From Candidatus Fermentibacterota bacterium (GTDB lineage Bacteria > Fermentibacterota > Fermentibacteria > Fermentibacterales > JCC-6), in NCBI GenBank assembly GCA_014728175.1, contig WJMA01000062.1, positions 6,914 to 70,913 on the forward strand: a DNA stretch of 64,000 bases, in the 5' to 3' direction. Positions 26,855-36,535 of this stretch are shown in pieces. Under the pieces are notes generated by a model. The model was not told the DNA's origin. It was given only the letters and a program-made list of their open reading frames with translations, and ran no database searches. Both the position numbers and the translations under genes were made by a program. Position 1 is the stretch's first letter; every line of letters begins with the position of its first letter.

Positions 26855-27289
26855 TCAGCTACGGTTACCATTCTCTTCGGGCTGGTCTCTGATTCCCCTA
26901 TCCCATGGGTCCCTATTCCTTCCGAACCTTGCCCCGCCCCTTCTTCCATGTCCCCTTCCCCTTCCCGGGCCTCCGGGCCTTCTGGGGGGCATAGAAGCGT
27001 TCGCCACCGCGCTGGAGGGGTCCACCGGCTCGGAGGAAACGATACGGATGCCCGCGTTGTGGAGCATCCAGGCCAGGGGGCGTGATACCCTACCGCAAAC
27101 CAGGGCCTCCACCTTTCTGTCGATCAGCATAGGCACCAGCAGCGACTTGAAGGGCATCTCACGCAGGTCGACCCTTTCCAGCTCGTCGTAGGACCCGTTT
27201 CCGGGCTGTAGCTCGTATATGACCATCTCCTCAGCGAAGTCGAGTACGGGGGCCACTTGCCCCGAGCAGACGGAGACCGCGACTCTCAC
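26855..27289 (-). CDS. NifX/NafY/NifB-C-like (dinitrogenase FeMo-cofactor-binding fold) small protein with C-terminal Arg/Gly-rich tail
   Basis: [27 protein letters not shown]...ALVCGRVSRPLAWMLHNAGIRIV matches the Nitro_FeMo-Co family. Tail PPRRPGGPGRGRGHGRRGGARFGRNRD is RGG-like. Confidence 0.7.
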   Translation of the reverse strand: MRVAVSVCSGQVAPVLDFAEEMVIYELQPGNGSYDELERVDLREMPFKSLLVPMLIDRKVEALVCGRVSRPLAWMLHNAGIRIVSSEPVDPSSAVANASMPPRRPGGPGRGRGHGRRGGARFGRNRDPWDRGIRDQPEENGNRS

Positions 27290-28617
27290 TGCTTCTTCCC
27301 CCTCCGGGGAACGTCGAGCCCCAGCCGTTTTATCTTTCTGTAGAGGGTTGATTTATGTATACCCAACTCTCTGGCGGCGGCCGTCTTGTTCCAGTCGTTC
27401 CTTCTTAGAACGCTCATTATGTAGGACGCCTCCAGCTCTCTCAGACCGCCGGTGCCACCAGCGGTAGGTAAACCAGTGGTGAGCTTCCTGGGAAGGTGCT
27501 CCGTCGATATCCTGTCGCGCTTGCATAGTACGAAGGCTCTCTCTACAAGATTCTCCAGCTCCCTCACGTTTCCCGGGAAATCGTAGGACATAAGCGCGGC
27601 CAGGGCATCGTCCGTCACCCCCTGCACGCTTCTGTTCTCCCTACTGTTGAACTTGGATACGAAATGCTCCACCAACAGGGGAAGGTCTTCCATCCGCTCC
27701 CGTAGCGGGGGCAGATGTATGTTTATCACGTTTATCCTGTAGTACAGGTCGGATCTGAACTCGCCCTTCTCCATCATGGCCTCGATATCCCGGTTGGTAG
27801 CGGCCAGAACGCGGGTGTCGGTTTGCTGCTCCCCCGTGGATCCCAGGGCCTGGTACACGCCGTCCTGAAGCACCCGAAGCAGCTTGGCCTGGATTGCCGG
27901 CGATACCTCGGCTATCTCGTCGAGGAAGATAGTCCCCCCGTCGGCCATGGCGAACCTCCCCGGCTTGTCCCGGTCCGCTCCGGTGAAGGCCCCCCGCACG
28001 TAGCCGAACAGCTCCGACTCCAGAAGGGTGTCCGGAATCGCCGCACAGTTGACGGTGACGAACGGTCCTTCGCTGCGCTTGCTTAGTTGGTAAATTGCTC
28101 TGGCCACCAGCTCTTTGCCGGTTCCGCTCTCCCCGCTGATGAGTACGGTGCTGTTACTGCGGGCAACCAGGGGAAGCAGCTCGAAGATCCCCAGCATGAC
28201 CCGGTTTGTACTTATCAGGCCTCCCAGGGACCTCGCCCTGGTCGCAGGCCTTTCCATGCTGGCGAGGTCGCGAAAAACCTCCACCGCGTACTCTCCATCC
28301 TTACCCGCATCGTCGACCCATCCCGCCGCTATGCTGAGGAGCTTTCTGTTGCCCATGGCGTCGACAGCCTCCGCGTGGCGGGTTCTTACAACGTTTCCGG
28401 TTCTTCTGGCCTCGTCCAGAAGGCAGTCCTCCGTACACCTCTCCGAGCCCAGCACGGTATCGCAACGGCTGCCCGCGGCGTTCTCTCTATTCACTCCGGT
28501 AATCCGCTCGGCCGCCGAGTTCATGAAGACTATCTCCCGCCGCTCGTTCAGCACCAGCACGCCCTCCTCCAGTAGATCGAGGGTTTTCCTCAGCACGGTC
28601 ACATCTGGCTTTGGCAT
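27286..28617 (-). CDS. Sigma-54-dependent transcriptional activator (PAS sensor – AAA+ sigma54 interaction domain – Fis-type HTH)
   Basis: GESGTGKE Walker A, GAFTGA sigma54-contact motif, ESELFGY, C-terminal HTH. N-terminal PAS-like region contains a Cys cluster ([16 protein letters not shown]). Confidence 0.92.
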   Translation of the reverse strand: MPKPDVTVLRKTLDLLEEGVLVLNERREIVFMNSAAERITGVNRENAAGSRCDTVLGSERCTEDCLLDEARRTGNVVRTRHAEAVDAMGNRKLLSIAAGWVDDAGKDGEYAVEVFRDLASMERPATRARSLGGLISTNRVMLGIFELLPLVARSNSTVLISGESGTGKELVARAIYQLSKRSEGPFVTVNCAAIPDTLLESELFGYVRGAFTGADRDKPGRFAMADGGTIFLDEIAEVSPAIQAKLLRVLQDGVYQALGSTGEQQTDTRVLAATNRDIEAMMEKGEFRSDLYYRINVINIHLPPLRERMEDLPLLVEHFVSKFNSRENRSVQGVTDDALAALMSYDFPGNVRELENLVERAFVLCKRDRISTEHLPRKLTTGLPTAGGTGGLRELEASYIMSVLRRNDWNKTAAARELGIHKSTLYRKIKRLGLDVPRRGKKQ

Positions 28618-28625
28618 CAGTGCCT

Positions 28626-30077
28626 CTATCTCTCTTCAGGCATTCTCTTGCGATCCACAACGTGCAGCATCGCCAAAAGGCAGGCCCACAGGGCCGAGAA
28701 GCGGTAACCTATTATGGGAGGACCGGTTATGGAGGCCGTAAACAGGACGACCAGAGAGCAGAAGATGCCCAGACACAAGGATGCATCCTCCGGGCCGGGG
28801 CAAACCAGGAACAGCTTCGCGGCTTTCCACAGCGCCAGAACGTACAGCGACCCCAGCGCGGCCACCCCCAAAAGACCCAGGTTCAGCAATGCTTGAAAGA
28901 ACGAGCCATCTACCCATCCCAGGGTTCGTTGCCCACCCGCACTCGGCCGGTAGCAGGAGTAGGTCTCACCCAGACCGTGCCCCACCACCAAGGCGGTTCC
29001 CTCCGCCTTCTCCAGCACCGCCCCCCACGCGATAAACCTGGCTAGAATCGCCGAATCCAGAAGGTAGGATCCGGTCTCGGCCCCCGCTCGGGATGCCACC
29101 TGCTCCGTGGTAAGGACCCCCGCCAGGGAAAGCACGCCCAGGCCCACCAGCACGATTAGCACCAGAGAGAGTGTGGGACGAATTCTGGGCAAGCCTCCCT
29201 TCCTTCTGGCCAGACCAAGAATCAGCGCCATTAGACCGGCCAGGGCAATACCCAGCCACAACGCTCTGCTCTGGGAGATAACTATCCCGGCCAACATCAG
29301 GGCCCCTCCCCCCAGGGCAATCAGCCAGTACGTGGTCCTTCTCCGGGTCCACAGCGTGGATACCAACAACATCAGTATCACCGCCATGGCGTTGGGTTGC
29401 CGCAGTGCAATCCTCAATCCCGTTGAGCGGTAGTAGAGACCGAGCCCCTCGCCGGCAACTCCCCTCAGGAGGAAGACCAGGCCCGAGACGGCTCCCGCCA
29501 GGAAGAGGACGTACAGGAATGCTTTCCTTCTCTCTGCGCTCGCCAGAACCTCGACGGCCGGAAAGAATACCACGTATCCGCCCAGGGTGAACAGGAACCA
29601 GGTTGCGGTTCGCGGATCCCCGTCCGTCGCAATACCATGGAAGAAACCCCCGACCGTTAGCAACAGAAGGGCCGTGATCAGGCCGCCTAAGTAACCGATG
29701 GAGCCATATCTCTTCCCCGGCTCTCTGGTGGCCGCCCAGGCAAAAACAACCCAGGCCATCAGCATCATGTCCGCCCGCAAGAGGAACGGTCCCACCCAGA
29801 ACCCAGCCTCGTATAGCTCGGTCGCGGAGAACACCACCTGCAGCGACAGAGCCAGCAACAGCGTGCGGAAGGGAGACCCTGCGACGACTACCAATGCGCA
29901 GACGGATAGAATCAGGGCAACCGCCAGGACGGCCTCCTGCACCAGCATACCTAGCAGAAGAACCAGTCCGGCTACGGTCAGGGCATAACCGTAGGAGCGC
30001 GTCAGCGGCCCCTCCGCAGGCGACAGCGGGAGGACCCTCGACCTTCCCTCCCCCGAAGGCGTTGGAAGGTCACTCAT
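28626..30077 (-). CDS. O-antigen ligase family (Wzy_C) integral membrane protein
   Basis: About 11 TM helices with a periplasmic-loop motif (VISQSRALWLGIALAG) typical of O-antigen ligase/polymerase-like proteins. Confidence 0.75.
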   Translation of the reverse strand: MSDLPTPSGEGRSRVLPLSPAEGPLTRSYGYALTVAGLVLLLGMLVQEAVLAVALILSVCALVVVAGSPFRTLLLALSLQVVFSATELYEAGFWVGPFLLRADMMLMAWVVFAWAATREPGKRYGSIGYLGGLITALLLLTVGGFFHGIATDGDPRTATWFLFTLGGYVVFFPAVEVLASAERRKAFLYVLFLAGAVSGLVFLLRGVAGEGLGLYYRSTGLRIALRQPNAMAVILMLLVSTLWTRRRTTYWLIALGGGALMLAGIVISQSRALWLGIALAGLMALILGLARRKGGLPRIRPTLSLVLIVLVGLGVLSLAGVLTTEQVASRAGAETGSYLLDSAILARFIAWGAVLEKAEGTALVVGHGLGETYSCYRPSAGGQRTLGWVDGSFFQALLNLGLLGVAALGSLYVLALWKAAKLFLVCPGPEDASLCLGIFCSLVVLFTASITGPPIIGYRFSALWACLLAMLHVVDRKRMPEER

Positions 30078-30081
30078 ATTC

Positions 30082-30624
30082 TCAGGAAGACGCCGCCAGG
30101 TCGGCCACCCGCTCGGACGATGCCTCCGCCACCCATTTCAGCAGCTCGGTATCCCCGTCGCCGAACGCGCCGGGCGTTTCGGAATCCACGTCCAACTCGC
30201 CCACCAGAGCCCCCTCGTGCTCCACCGGCACCACGATCTCCGCTCTCACGTCGGGGCTGCATGAGAGGTAGTTGCTTTCCGTAGTTACATCATCGATGAC
30301 CAGGGTATCGCAGCTCTGGGCGGCCCTACCGCATACTCCCTTTCCGAACGGAATATGAATGTGCTCCGTAGGCTTTCCGGAGTAGGGTCCCAGTACCAGA
30401 TGGTCGGGGCTCTGTTCGGAAACCAGGTAGTACCCGACCCAGTCGCAGCTTTCGGAGTTCTGTCGCAGGTAATCGCACATCATCTGAAGAAGCTCCTCGC
30501 TGGTGAGATCCTTGCGAACCAGGATGCTCTCCAGACCACCTTTGAGAACTTGCCTGCGCAGCTTTTTCCTCAAGTTCGATCTTCCTTTCCGGATGCACAT
30601 GTCCAACCGTTGGCCAACGTCCAT
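30082..30624 (-). CDS. Stand-alone GAF-domain protein (fRMsr/YebR-like)
   Basis: DWVGYYLVSE...IPFGKGVCGRAA...EIVVPV pattern of small GAF proteins. Start uncertain (ORF extends to 30681). Confidence 0.7.
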   Translation of the reverse strand: MDVGQRLDMCIRKGRSNLRKKLRRQVLKGGLESILVRKDLTSEELLQMMCDYLRQNSESCDWVGYYLVSEQSPDHLVLGPYSGKPTEHIHIPFGKGVCGRAAQSCDTLVIDDVTTESNYLSCSPDVRAEIVVPVEHEGALVGELDVDSETPGAFGDGDTELLKWVAEASSERVADLAASS

Positions 30625-30670
30625 AATGATTAGTGGAAATGGAGCGTAACGCAACATGGCCCATCCGGCT

Positions 30671-32911
30671 CTACCGTGCATCGACCGATAACACCAGAAG
30701 CGTCATGTCGTCGCGCTGGGGATCACCGCCCCTGAAGGAGTCTACAAGCTCGAATATGCGCTCTGCCAGCTCCGTTGCGCCCAGCTCGATATGGTTCCTC
30801 ACCACCCCCCTCAGCCTGTCCCTTCCAAATTCCTGCTCCCCATCTTCCTCGACGGTCTCGGTTATCCCATCGGTATACAAGACCAGTTTCGAACCCGGGC
30901 TCAGGACGATCCCACCGGTACGGTAAGCCACGTCCCTCATCACGCCTATTACCAGGCCGCCATTCTTCAACTCGAGGTATTCGCCGCCGGGCTCAACCAG
31001 TATCGGGGGATTGTGCCCGGCGTTGCAGTAACTCATGCGTCTGCTTTTCGGATCCAGAAACGCCAAGAAGCAGGTGACGAACTTGTCCGCGGGCATTCGA
31101 CTCTCCAAATGCCGGTTCAGCCTGGCAACCAGCTCGTCTATTTCAGTACCCTCGGCCAGGAGGGTGGACAGGGTTGCCTGCAGTGCGGACATCAACAGAG
31201 CGCCTCCGGCACCTTTACCGGCTACGTCCGCAACCGTTATCGCGTACCTGCCGTCGGAGAGGGGAATCACGTCGTAGTAATCTCCCCCCACCTGATTGCT
31301 GGAGACGCTGGCCGCGTACATATCGAAACCTTCAATCTCCGGCAGCTCGCTGGGCAGAAGGCTTTGTTGGATTCTACGGGCCAGGTTGAGCTCCTCCCTG
31401 TACCTCTCCCTCTCTATGCTGGCCTCCACCAGACGGGCGTTCTCCAGCGCGGCGGTCACCTGGCGGCAAAAGCTGGCGAAAAGCGCCCTCTGCTCCTCCA
31501 TGAAGCTGAATTTCTTTCTGGAGGCTCCCATGAGAATGCCCATGCTCTCACCGCCGGTTGACAGACGACCGGCCATCAGGGAGCCGATCTGGTCCACCCC
31601 TTCGGTGGCAGGTAGACCTATCTCACTTCGGGAAAGATTGTTGAGCAGCACCACTCCGTCTTCACCCTTCAGAGAATCGTCGAGCCTCCCTACCCATTCC
31701 GATTCAGGTGCCGACCTACCTCCGGCCGACCCCCACCTCTCGAAGCCGTCTTTGGCCAGATAGAGCCAGCTACGCTCGGCCCCCGTAAGCTGGCGGCACA
31801 GCTCGGTGGCCCTGGAAGCGATGAGCTTTTCGTCGAAAGTTGAGTACACCACCTTCGAGAGACTCTGCAGGCTCCTAAGCTCCTTCAGTTTGGCGTCGAG
31901 CAACTTGGCGGTCGGAAGATGCAAAAGAATGGCCAGCAGGGACATGCCCGAATAGATCAGCATGACGGTCGCCACCGAGCCTGCCAGGGCTCCCATGGAG
32001 GCCGAGCAGACGGTAAGCTGCCCACCTTGGTACATCTGCTGAACGCCCAGACTCAGAAACACCCCCCCGACAGAGCCGACCGCAGCCAGGTACTTGCCGC
32101 CCCGACTCAGGTAATGGATCCATTTGTTGCGGAAGCCGTTCACCACTCCCCACAGCACGACCAGAATGTAGGGAACGCTGATGGCCATCTGGTGGACGGA
32201 GTCAGCCAGGTCGAAGGTGACGATCTGGTTGTATCTCTCCAGCCCGAGAGCCACGTAGGCCACGTGGATGAAAACCAGAACGATCAGGGTATGGTACATC
32301 CTCAGAGTGCCCCGCCTGCGTTCGGTTAGAACGAGTCCCCTCATGTTCGCCACCAGAAGAACGGAGATGGCGGCCGCCAGAATCGTAAGCAGTATCCCGG
32401 GAAGGCTTTCGGTGGTTCTTACTCTTATCGCCGGATGGTACACCCGCCGATCCATGCCCAGGCTGCTGGCCCTGGAAACCGACTCCAGAAACGTCCCCGC
32501 AACCGCTCCGGAGGATTCGGCTATCCCTCCCAGAGTGCGGACCAAAGGGTTGGAGGATCGGTCGAGACCGGCTTCCCGCACCGATCTGCTGGTGTAACCA
32601 CGCACCATCTCGTAAACCGTGCCCGAGTCGGCCAGCACCGAGCCGACCTCACCGTTAGAGGATGCTTGTTGGCTGGGGGGGCGCAGCACCAGCCGCAGAA
32701 GCATCGAATCGGCGAACAACGCTCCCAGTAGAAGCAGAATCAGCAGGAGCCTTCTCACCAGGGTCAGGGTAGCGAACAGGCGGCGAACTGCGACGTAGAG
32801 AAGGGCCATGGCGACCAGGTAAACAACGTCCGACCCGACGAATCCCTCGCCGAGTATCGAGCCGATCAAGATCAGAAAGGCCGCTGCAACTGCGGTTATC
32901 GGCTTGAGCAA
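30671..32911 (-). CDS. Membrane sensor protein: N-terminal multi-TM (7TM-receptor-like) domain – GAF – PP2C-type (SpoIIE/RsbU family) Ser/Thr phosphatase
   Basis: About 8 predicted TM helices, then GAF-like, then PPM motifs (YAASVSSNQVGGDYYDV; ITVADVAGKGAGGALLMS; LVLYTDGITE; DDMTLLVLSV). Confidence 0.85.
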   Translation of the reverse strand: MLKPITAVAAAFLILIGSILGEGFVGSDVVYLVAMALLYVAVRRLFATLTLVRRLLLILLLLGALFADSMLLRLVLRPPSQQASSNGEVGSVLADSGTVYEMVRGYTSRSVREAGLDRSSNPLVRTLGGIAESSGAVAGTFLESVSRASSLGMDRRVYHPAIRVRTTESLPGILLTILAAAISVLLVANMRGLVLTERRRGTLRMYHTLIVLVFIHVAYVALGLERYNQIVTFDLADSVHQMAISVPYILVVLWGVVNGFRNKWIHYLSRGGKYLAAVGSVGGVFLSLGVQQMYQGGQLTVCSASMGALAGSVATVMLIYSGMSLLAILLHLPTAKLLDAKLKELRSLQSLSKVVYSTFDEKLIASRATELCRQLTGAERSWLYLAKDGFERWGSAGGRSAPESEWVGRLDDSLKGEDGVVLLNNLSRSEIGLPATEGVDQIGSLMAGRLSTGGESMGILMGASRKKFSFMEEQRALFASFCRQVTAALENARLVEASIERERYREELNLARRIQQSLLPSELPEIEGFDMYAASVSSNQVGGDYYDVIPLSDGRYAITVADVAGKGAGGALLMSALQATLSTLLAEGTEIDELVARLNRHLESRMPADKFVTCFLAFLDPKSRRMSYCNAGHNPPILVEPGGEYLELKNGGLVIGVMRDVAYRTGGIVLSPGSKLVLYTDGITETVEEDGEQEFGRDRLRGVVRNHIELGATELAERIFELVDSFRGGDPQRDDMTLLVLSVDAR

Positions 32912-32954
32912 TCTAGCACGACTCCCGGGCTTTTCGTTTTCGAACCTGCAGGCC

Positions 32955-34277
32955 CTACGTATCCCTATCCGAGTCTTTACAGAAAGCCTTGACTCGGTCG
33001 GGCAACTCGTCCGCCTTCACCTCTTCCTGGGAGCTACTCTCCATATCCTTAAGCCCCACCGTTCCGGAAGCCGCCTCGTCCGGGCCTACCACCGCGGTCA
33101 ATGGAACGCCGCGCTTGCCGGCCAGCTTGAACTGCCGGGACAGGTTGCGCCCGCTCATGTCCATCTCCACGCTGACGCCGGCCGATCGCAGCTTTTCGGC
33201 CAGACGGAGAGCATAGCCTCTTTGCTGGTCGGACATCACGGTCATGAAGAGCGTGGTGGGAGAGGATTCTTTAACCCCTTGCGGAATAAGATCGTAGCTT
33301 TCCAGAAACAGACGAAGGGTAAGCATTCCCAGGCCGAAGCCCACCCCGGAGATCCTCTTGCCTCCGAACAATCCCACCAGATCGTCGTACCTGCCCCCTC
33401 CACAAAGGGCCCTTCTGTTTCTTCCGCCCGTGTCGGCCACCTCGAACACTACCCCCGTGTAGTAGTCCAGGCCTCTGACCACCGAGGCGTCGAAGACCGC
33501 GGGCGCCACCCCCACCTCTTCCAAAAGCCGGTTGAGCTCGACGATCTCCTCGTAGGCTTCGGTATCACCCACCGCGTCTTCCAGCCAGGGATCCTCGACG
33601 TCCCGACATCTGGCAAACCTTAGAAGCGCCCTGGACCGATCATCGTCGCCCACCTCCTCGACCACGTACTCCTCCCATTCCTCGGCGGGCATCTTCTCCC
33701 TGCGATCCACCAGATGGAAGGCCCCCAGCATCTCGTCCTCGGAGAAGCCGGAGGCTACCAGCGCGGCCGCAGCCAGCCTTCTGCTGGAGTAGGCTATCTC
33801 GTAGATATCATCACCGACGCCCAGGCCTTCCATCGACCGCCTGAGCAGCAGAAACATCTCCAGCTCGGCCTGCAGGGAATCACAGCCCAGGATGTCGCAG
33901 TTGAACTGCCTGAACTCCCTGGCCCTGCCCCGCTGGGGGCGCTCGTACCGGTAGCACAGGGGGAACGACATCCACTTGACCGGCCACAACAGCTCGCCGG
34001 CCGAGGCCACCATTCGAGCCAGGGATGGGGTCAGCTCGGGTCTCAGAATCAGCTCCCGCCCGGACTTGTCCTGGAAGTGATAGCTCTGTTCAACCGCCAG
34101 CTCGTTGCCCGATTTGGCCAGAAACAGGTCCAGCGGCTCGATCACCGGCGCGTCGAACTCCTCGAAGCCGTAAGCCTCACCCGCGCTGTGAAGGGCGTCG
34201 AGTACGTACCGGTCCACCCGCATGTCTTCGGGGTAAAGCTGTCGCATGCCCTGGAGAGGCTTTTTCCTCAGGTCCAT
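32955..34277 (-). CDS. hisS: Histidine--tRNA ligase
   Basis: Class II aaRS motifs (ELILRPELTPSLAR; FRQFNCDILG; GGGRYDDLVGLFGGKRISGVGFGLG) and a C-terminal anticodon-binding domain. Confidence 0.93.
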   Translation of the reverse strand: MDLRKKPLQGMRQLYPEDMRVDRYVLDALHSAGEAYGFEEFDAPVIEPLDLFLAKSGNELAVEQSYHFQDKSGRELILRPELTPSLARMVASAGELLWPVKWMSFPLCYRYERPQRGRAREFRQFNCDILGCDSLQAELEMFLLLRRSMEGLGVGDDIYEIAYSSRRLAAAALVASGFSEDEMLGAFHLVDRREKMPAEEWEEYVVEEVGDDDRSRALLRFARCRDVEDPWLEDAVGDTEAYEEIVELNRLLEEVGVAPAVFDASVVRGLDYYTGVVFEVADTGGRNRRALCGGGRYDDLVGLFGGKRISGVGFGLGMLTLRLFLESYDLIPQGVKESSPTTLFMTVMSDQQRGYALRLAEKLRSAGVSVEMDMSGRNLSRQFKLAGKRGVPLTAVVGPDEAASGTVGLKDMESSSQEEVKADELPDRVKAFCKDSDRDT

Positions 34278-34314
34278 AGATCACTCCTGGAGGGGGATAA
34301 GGGCTGGTCGGGGC

Positions 34315-35235
34315 TCAGCTGACCTCCACCCTGTCCTTGCCCTTTTGCTTGGCGCTGAACAGCAGCGAGTGGGCCCGTTCCACTACCGTGTCGGGATCCT
34401 CACCCGGCCTGGCGGCGGTGGCTCCCGCCGAGATCTTAACCTTGATCGGCTGGTCCTCGTAGACGGTGGAAGAAGCCTCCACGATCTTCTTAATCCTTTC
34501 GGTAACCTTGCCGATCTGATCCTTCTCGATGTTCTGAAGTACGATCAGAAACTCTTCGCCGCCCCACCTGGAAACCGCATCGAAGGGCCTGACCGTTCCC
34601 ATCAGGGACCTGGCTACCGTCCGGAGAACCCGGTCACCTGCGTCGTGACCGAAACTGTCGTTCACCTTTCTGAAGGAGTCGATGTCCATGAAGACCACAC
34701 CGTACTTCCTTCCGTACCTTTCCTTCTCCGCCGCCCGTTGCTTCAGAATCTCCTCGACGTACCTGCGGTTACCAACGCCGGTAAGGGTGTCGACCAGGGC
34801 GACCTCCTGCAGGTCCCGCAGTCGCTCTCGCAAAGCGTGCAGAGCGAGGTCTTCCCTGAAGAACTCGATCACGCCGCATACCCGGTCATCCTTGAACAGG
34901 GGAACGGATATAACCGCGACGGGCACCCGGTGGCCGTTCCGGTGGCGAAGGTACATCTTGGATCGTCCAACCTGGCCCGTGCTCATGGCTTCCTCCGCCG
35001 GGCAGTTGGACTCGCAAAGGCTGTTTCCCTCGCTGTCCAGATGCATGAGCAGGTTGTTCGAGCATACCGTTCCCACCGTCTCCGAGGATTTGTGTCCCGT
35101 TATTCGTTCGGCAGACTCGTTCCAGTACATGACCTTTCGGTCGCGATCGAGAACGTACGCTCCCTCGAAGAGGTTGTCGAGCAACTGCTTATCGTACGGC
35201 AAACCGGTAATGGCCTCTTCATTCATAATGAGCAC
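34315..35235 (-). CDS. PAS-domain diguanylate cyclase (GGDEF)
   Basis: N-terminal PAS-like region. An active-site RWGGEEF with an upstream I-site-like RxxD context indicates a catalytically competent GGDEF. Confidence 0.9.
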   Translation of the reverse strand: MLIMNEEAITGLPYDKQLLDNLFEGAYVLDRDRKVMYWNESAERITGHKSSETVGTVCSNNLLMHLDSEGNSLCESNCPAEEAMSTGQVGRSKMYLRHRNGHRVPVAVISVPLFKDDRVCGVIEFFREDLALHALRERLRDLQEVALVDTLTGVGNRRYVEEILKQRAAEKERYGRKYGVVFMDIDSFRKVNDSFGHDAGDRVLRTVARSLMGTVRPFDAVSRWGGEEFLIVLQNIEKDQIGKVTERIKKIVEASSTVYEDQPIKVKISAGATAARPGEDPDTVVERAHSLLFSAKQKGKDRVEVS

Positions 35236-35409
35236 CTCTTCGCCCGAATTCCTTGTCAGCCATCCAAGCCTGGGTGAGACTCACGATAATCCCGGCAGTA
35301 ATAATGTCAAGAATCCCGTAGAATGGAAATCCCGAGCTTGAGGATTCCTCCCCACCCGTCTAGGTTAGGCCTGTGGAATTCTGTCGCCATTACCTGAGGA
35401 GGAGACCCG

Positions 35410-35943
35410 ATGAAGGTTAGGGAAATCTGGTTCCCGTCGCTGGTGGCGCTGATGCTTCTGCTGGGCGGCTGCGGCGAGGACGACCCGTTCGGCCCGGGCG
35501 ACTGGCACAGCGCCCAAAGTTCCGGAATAGCCCTGGAATGGAAGGTCGACGGCGACGATCTGGCAGTAAGGCTGACCGCCCCGTCCACCGGCTGGATAGC
35601 CGTGGGCTTCGACCCCGAGTCCGGAATGAGAAACGCCAATATCATAATAGGTTACGTCGATGACGATGGTCACCATCTGCGGGATGACTTCGGTACGTCC
35701 CAGAGCTCTCACATGTCCGACCTCAGCCTCGGAGGCTTCGACGATGTAACCCACGAGGATGGCTACGAGGAAGGCGACGAGACCCAGATAGAGTTCGTGA
35801 TTCCCCTGGACTCCGAAGACATCTACGACAAGCCCCTGTCGGAGGGGCTAACCTACACCGTGCTTTTGGCCTACGGAGAGGACGGAGCAGACGACTTCGA
35901 GTCCCAGCACGAGCTATGTACCAGCATGGAGATAGAGATATAG
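35410..35943 (+). CDS. DOMON-like (putative heme/sugar-binding beta-sandwich) lipoprotein, paralog 1 of 4
   Basis: Lipobox LLLGGC. Conserved blocks shared with the three paralogs at 45.3-48.0 kb: TGWIAVGFDP, M..AN(I/L)IIGY, RDDFGT, SH, LGG, YDK, LLAYGEDG.DDF, H. The fold assignment comes from the motif pattern, not a search. Confidence 0.65.
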   Translation: MKVREIWFPSLVALMLLLGGCGEDDPFGPGDWHSAQSSGIALEWKVDGDDLAVRLTAPSTGWIAVGFDPESGMRNANIIIGYVDDDGHHLRDDFGTSQSSHMSDLSLGGFDDVTHEDGYEEGDETQIEFVIPLDSEDIYDKPLSEGLTYTVLLAYGEDGADDFESQHELCTSMEIEI

Positions 35944-35957
35944 GTGAAAGGAGCCCC

Positions 35958-36473
35958 ATGGAAAGAGACTTCCAGGAGATCGATCCCAGAAAGCTTGATG
36001 ACAACGTCTTCGAGCTCATTGCCGACCAGTGGATGCTGGTTACGGCCGGCGAGACGGACGGTTACAACACCATGACCGCCAGTTGGGGCGCCATGGGTGA
36101 GCTCTGGAGCAGGAAGATATGCGTGGCCTTCGTGCGCCCCCAGCGGTACACGTACGGATTCATGAACCGCATGGAACGCTTCACCCTCTCCTTCTTCGAC
36201 GAGGGCCATAGGGACAAGTTGGAATTCTGCGGAACCCATTCGGGAAGAGACGTGGACAAGGCGGCCCGAACCGGACTGATGCCCTTCCCCCCCACCGACG
36301 ACACCGTCGCCTTCCGCCAGGCCAGGCTGATCATGGTCTGCAAGAAGATCTACACCCACGACCTCGATCCGGACAACTTCCTGGAGCCGGACATAGAGGA
36401 CTGCTACCCGGAGAAGGGCTACCACCGCATGTACGTCGGGCGGTTGGAGCGGGCACTACGGGCCATCGACTGA
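35958..36473 (+). CDS. Flavin reductase-like (FMN-binding split-barrel) family protein
   Basis: MERDFQEIDPRKLDDNVFELIADQWMLVTAGE...YNTMTASWGAMGELW...FTLSFF fits the flavin_reduct family. 15 nt downstream of DOMON paralog 1. Confidence 0.78.
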   Translation: MERDFQEIDPRKLDDNVFELIADQWMLVTAGETDGYNTMTASWGAMGELWSRKICVAFVRPQRYTYGFMNRMERFTLSFFDEGHRDKLEFCGTHSGRDVDKAARTGLMPFPPTDDTVAFRQARLIMVCKKIYTHDLDPDNFLEPDIEDCYPEKGYHRMYVGRLERALRAID

Positions 36474-36489
36474 TCTCTGCATAAACGAC

Positions 36490-36517
36490 GAGGGGGAGGG
36501 CGGCCGCCCTCCCCCTC
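36490..36517. terminator. Bidirectional intrinsic-terminator hairpin between convergent genes
   Basis: Perfect 14-bp inverted repeat GAGGGGGAGGGCGG/CCGCCCTCCCCCTC between the flavin reductase (+) and the C25 peptidase (-). Confidence 0.6.
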
Positions 36518-36535
36518 TCCCGGTATTTCCGAACC

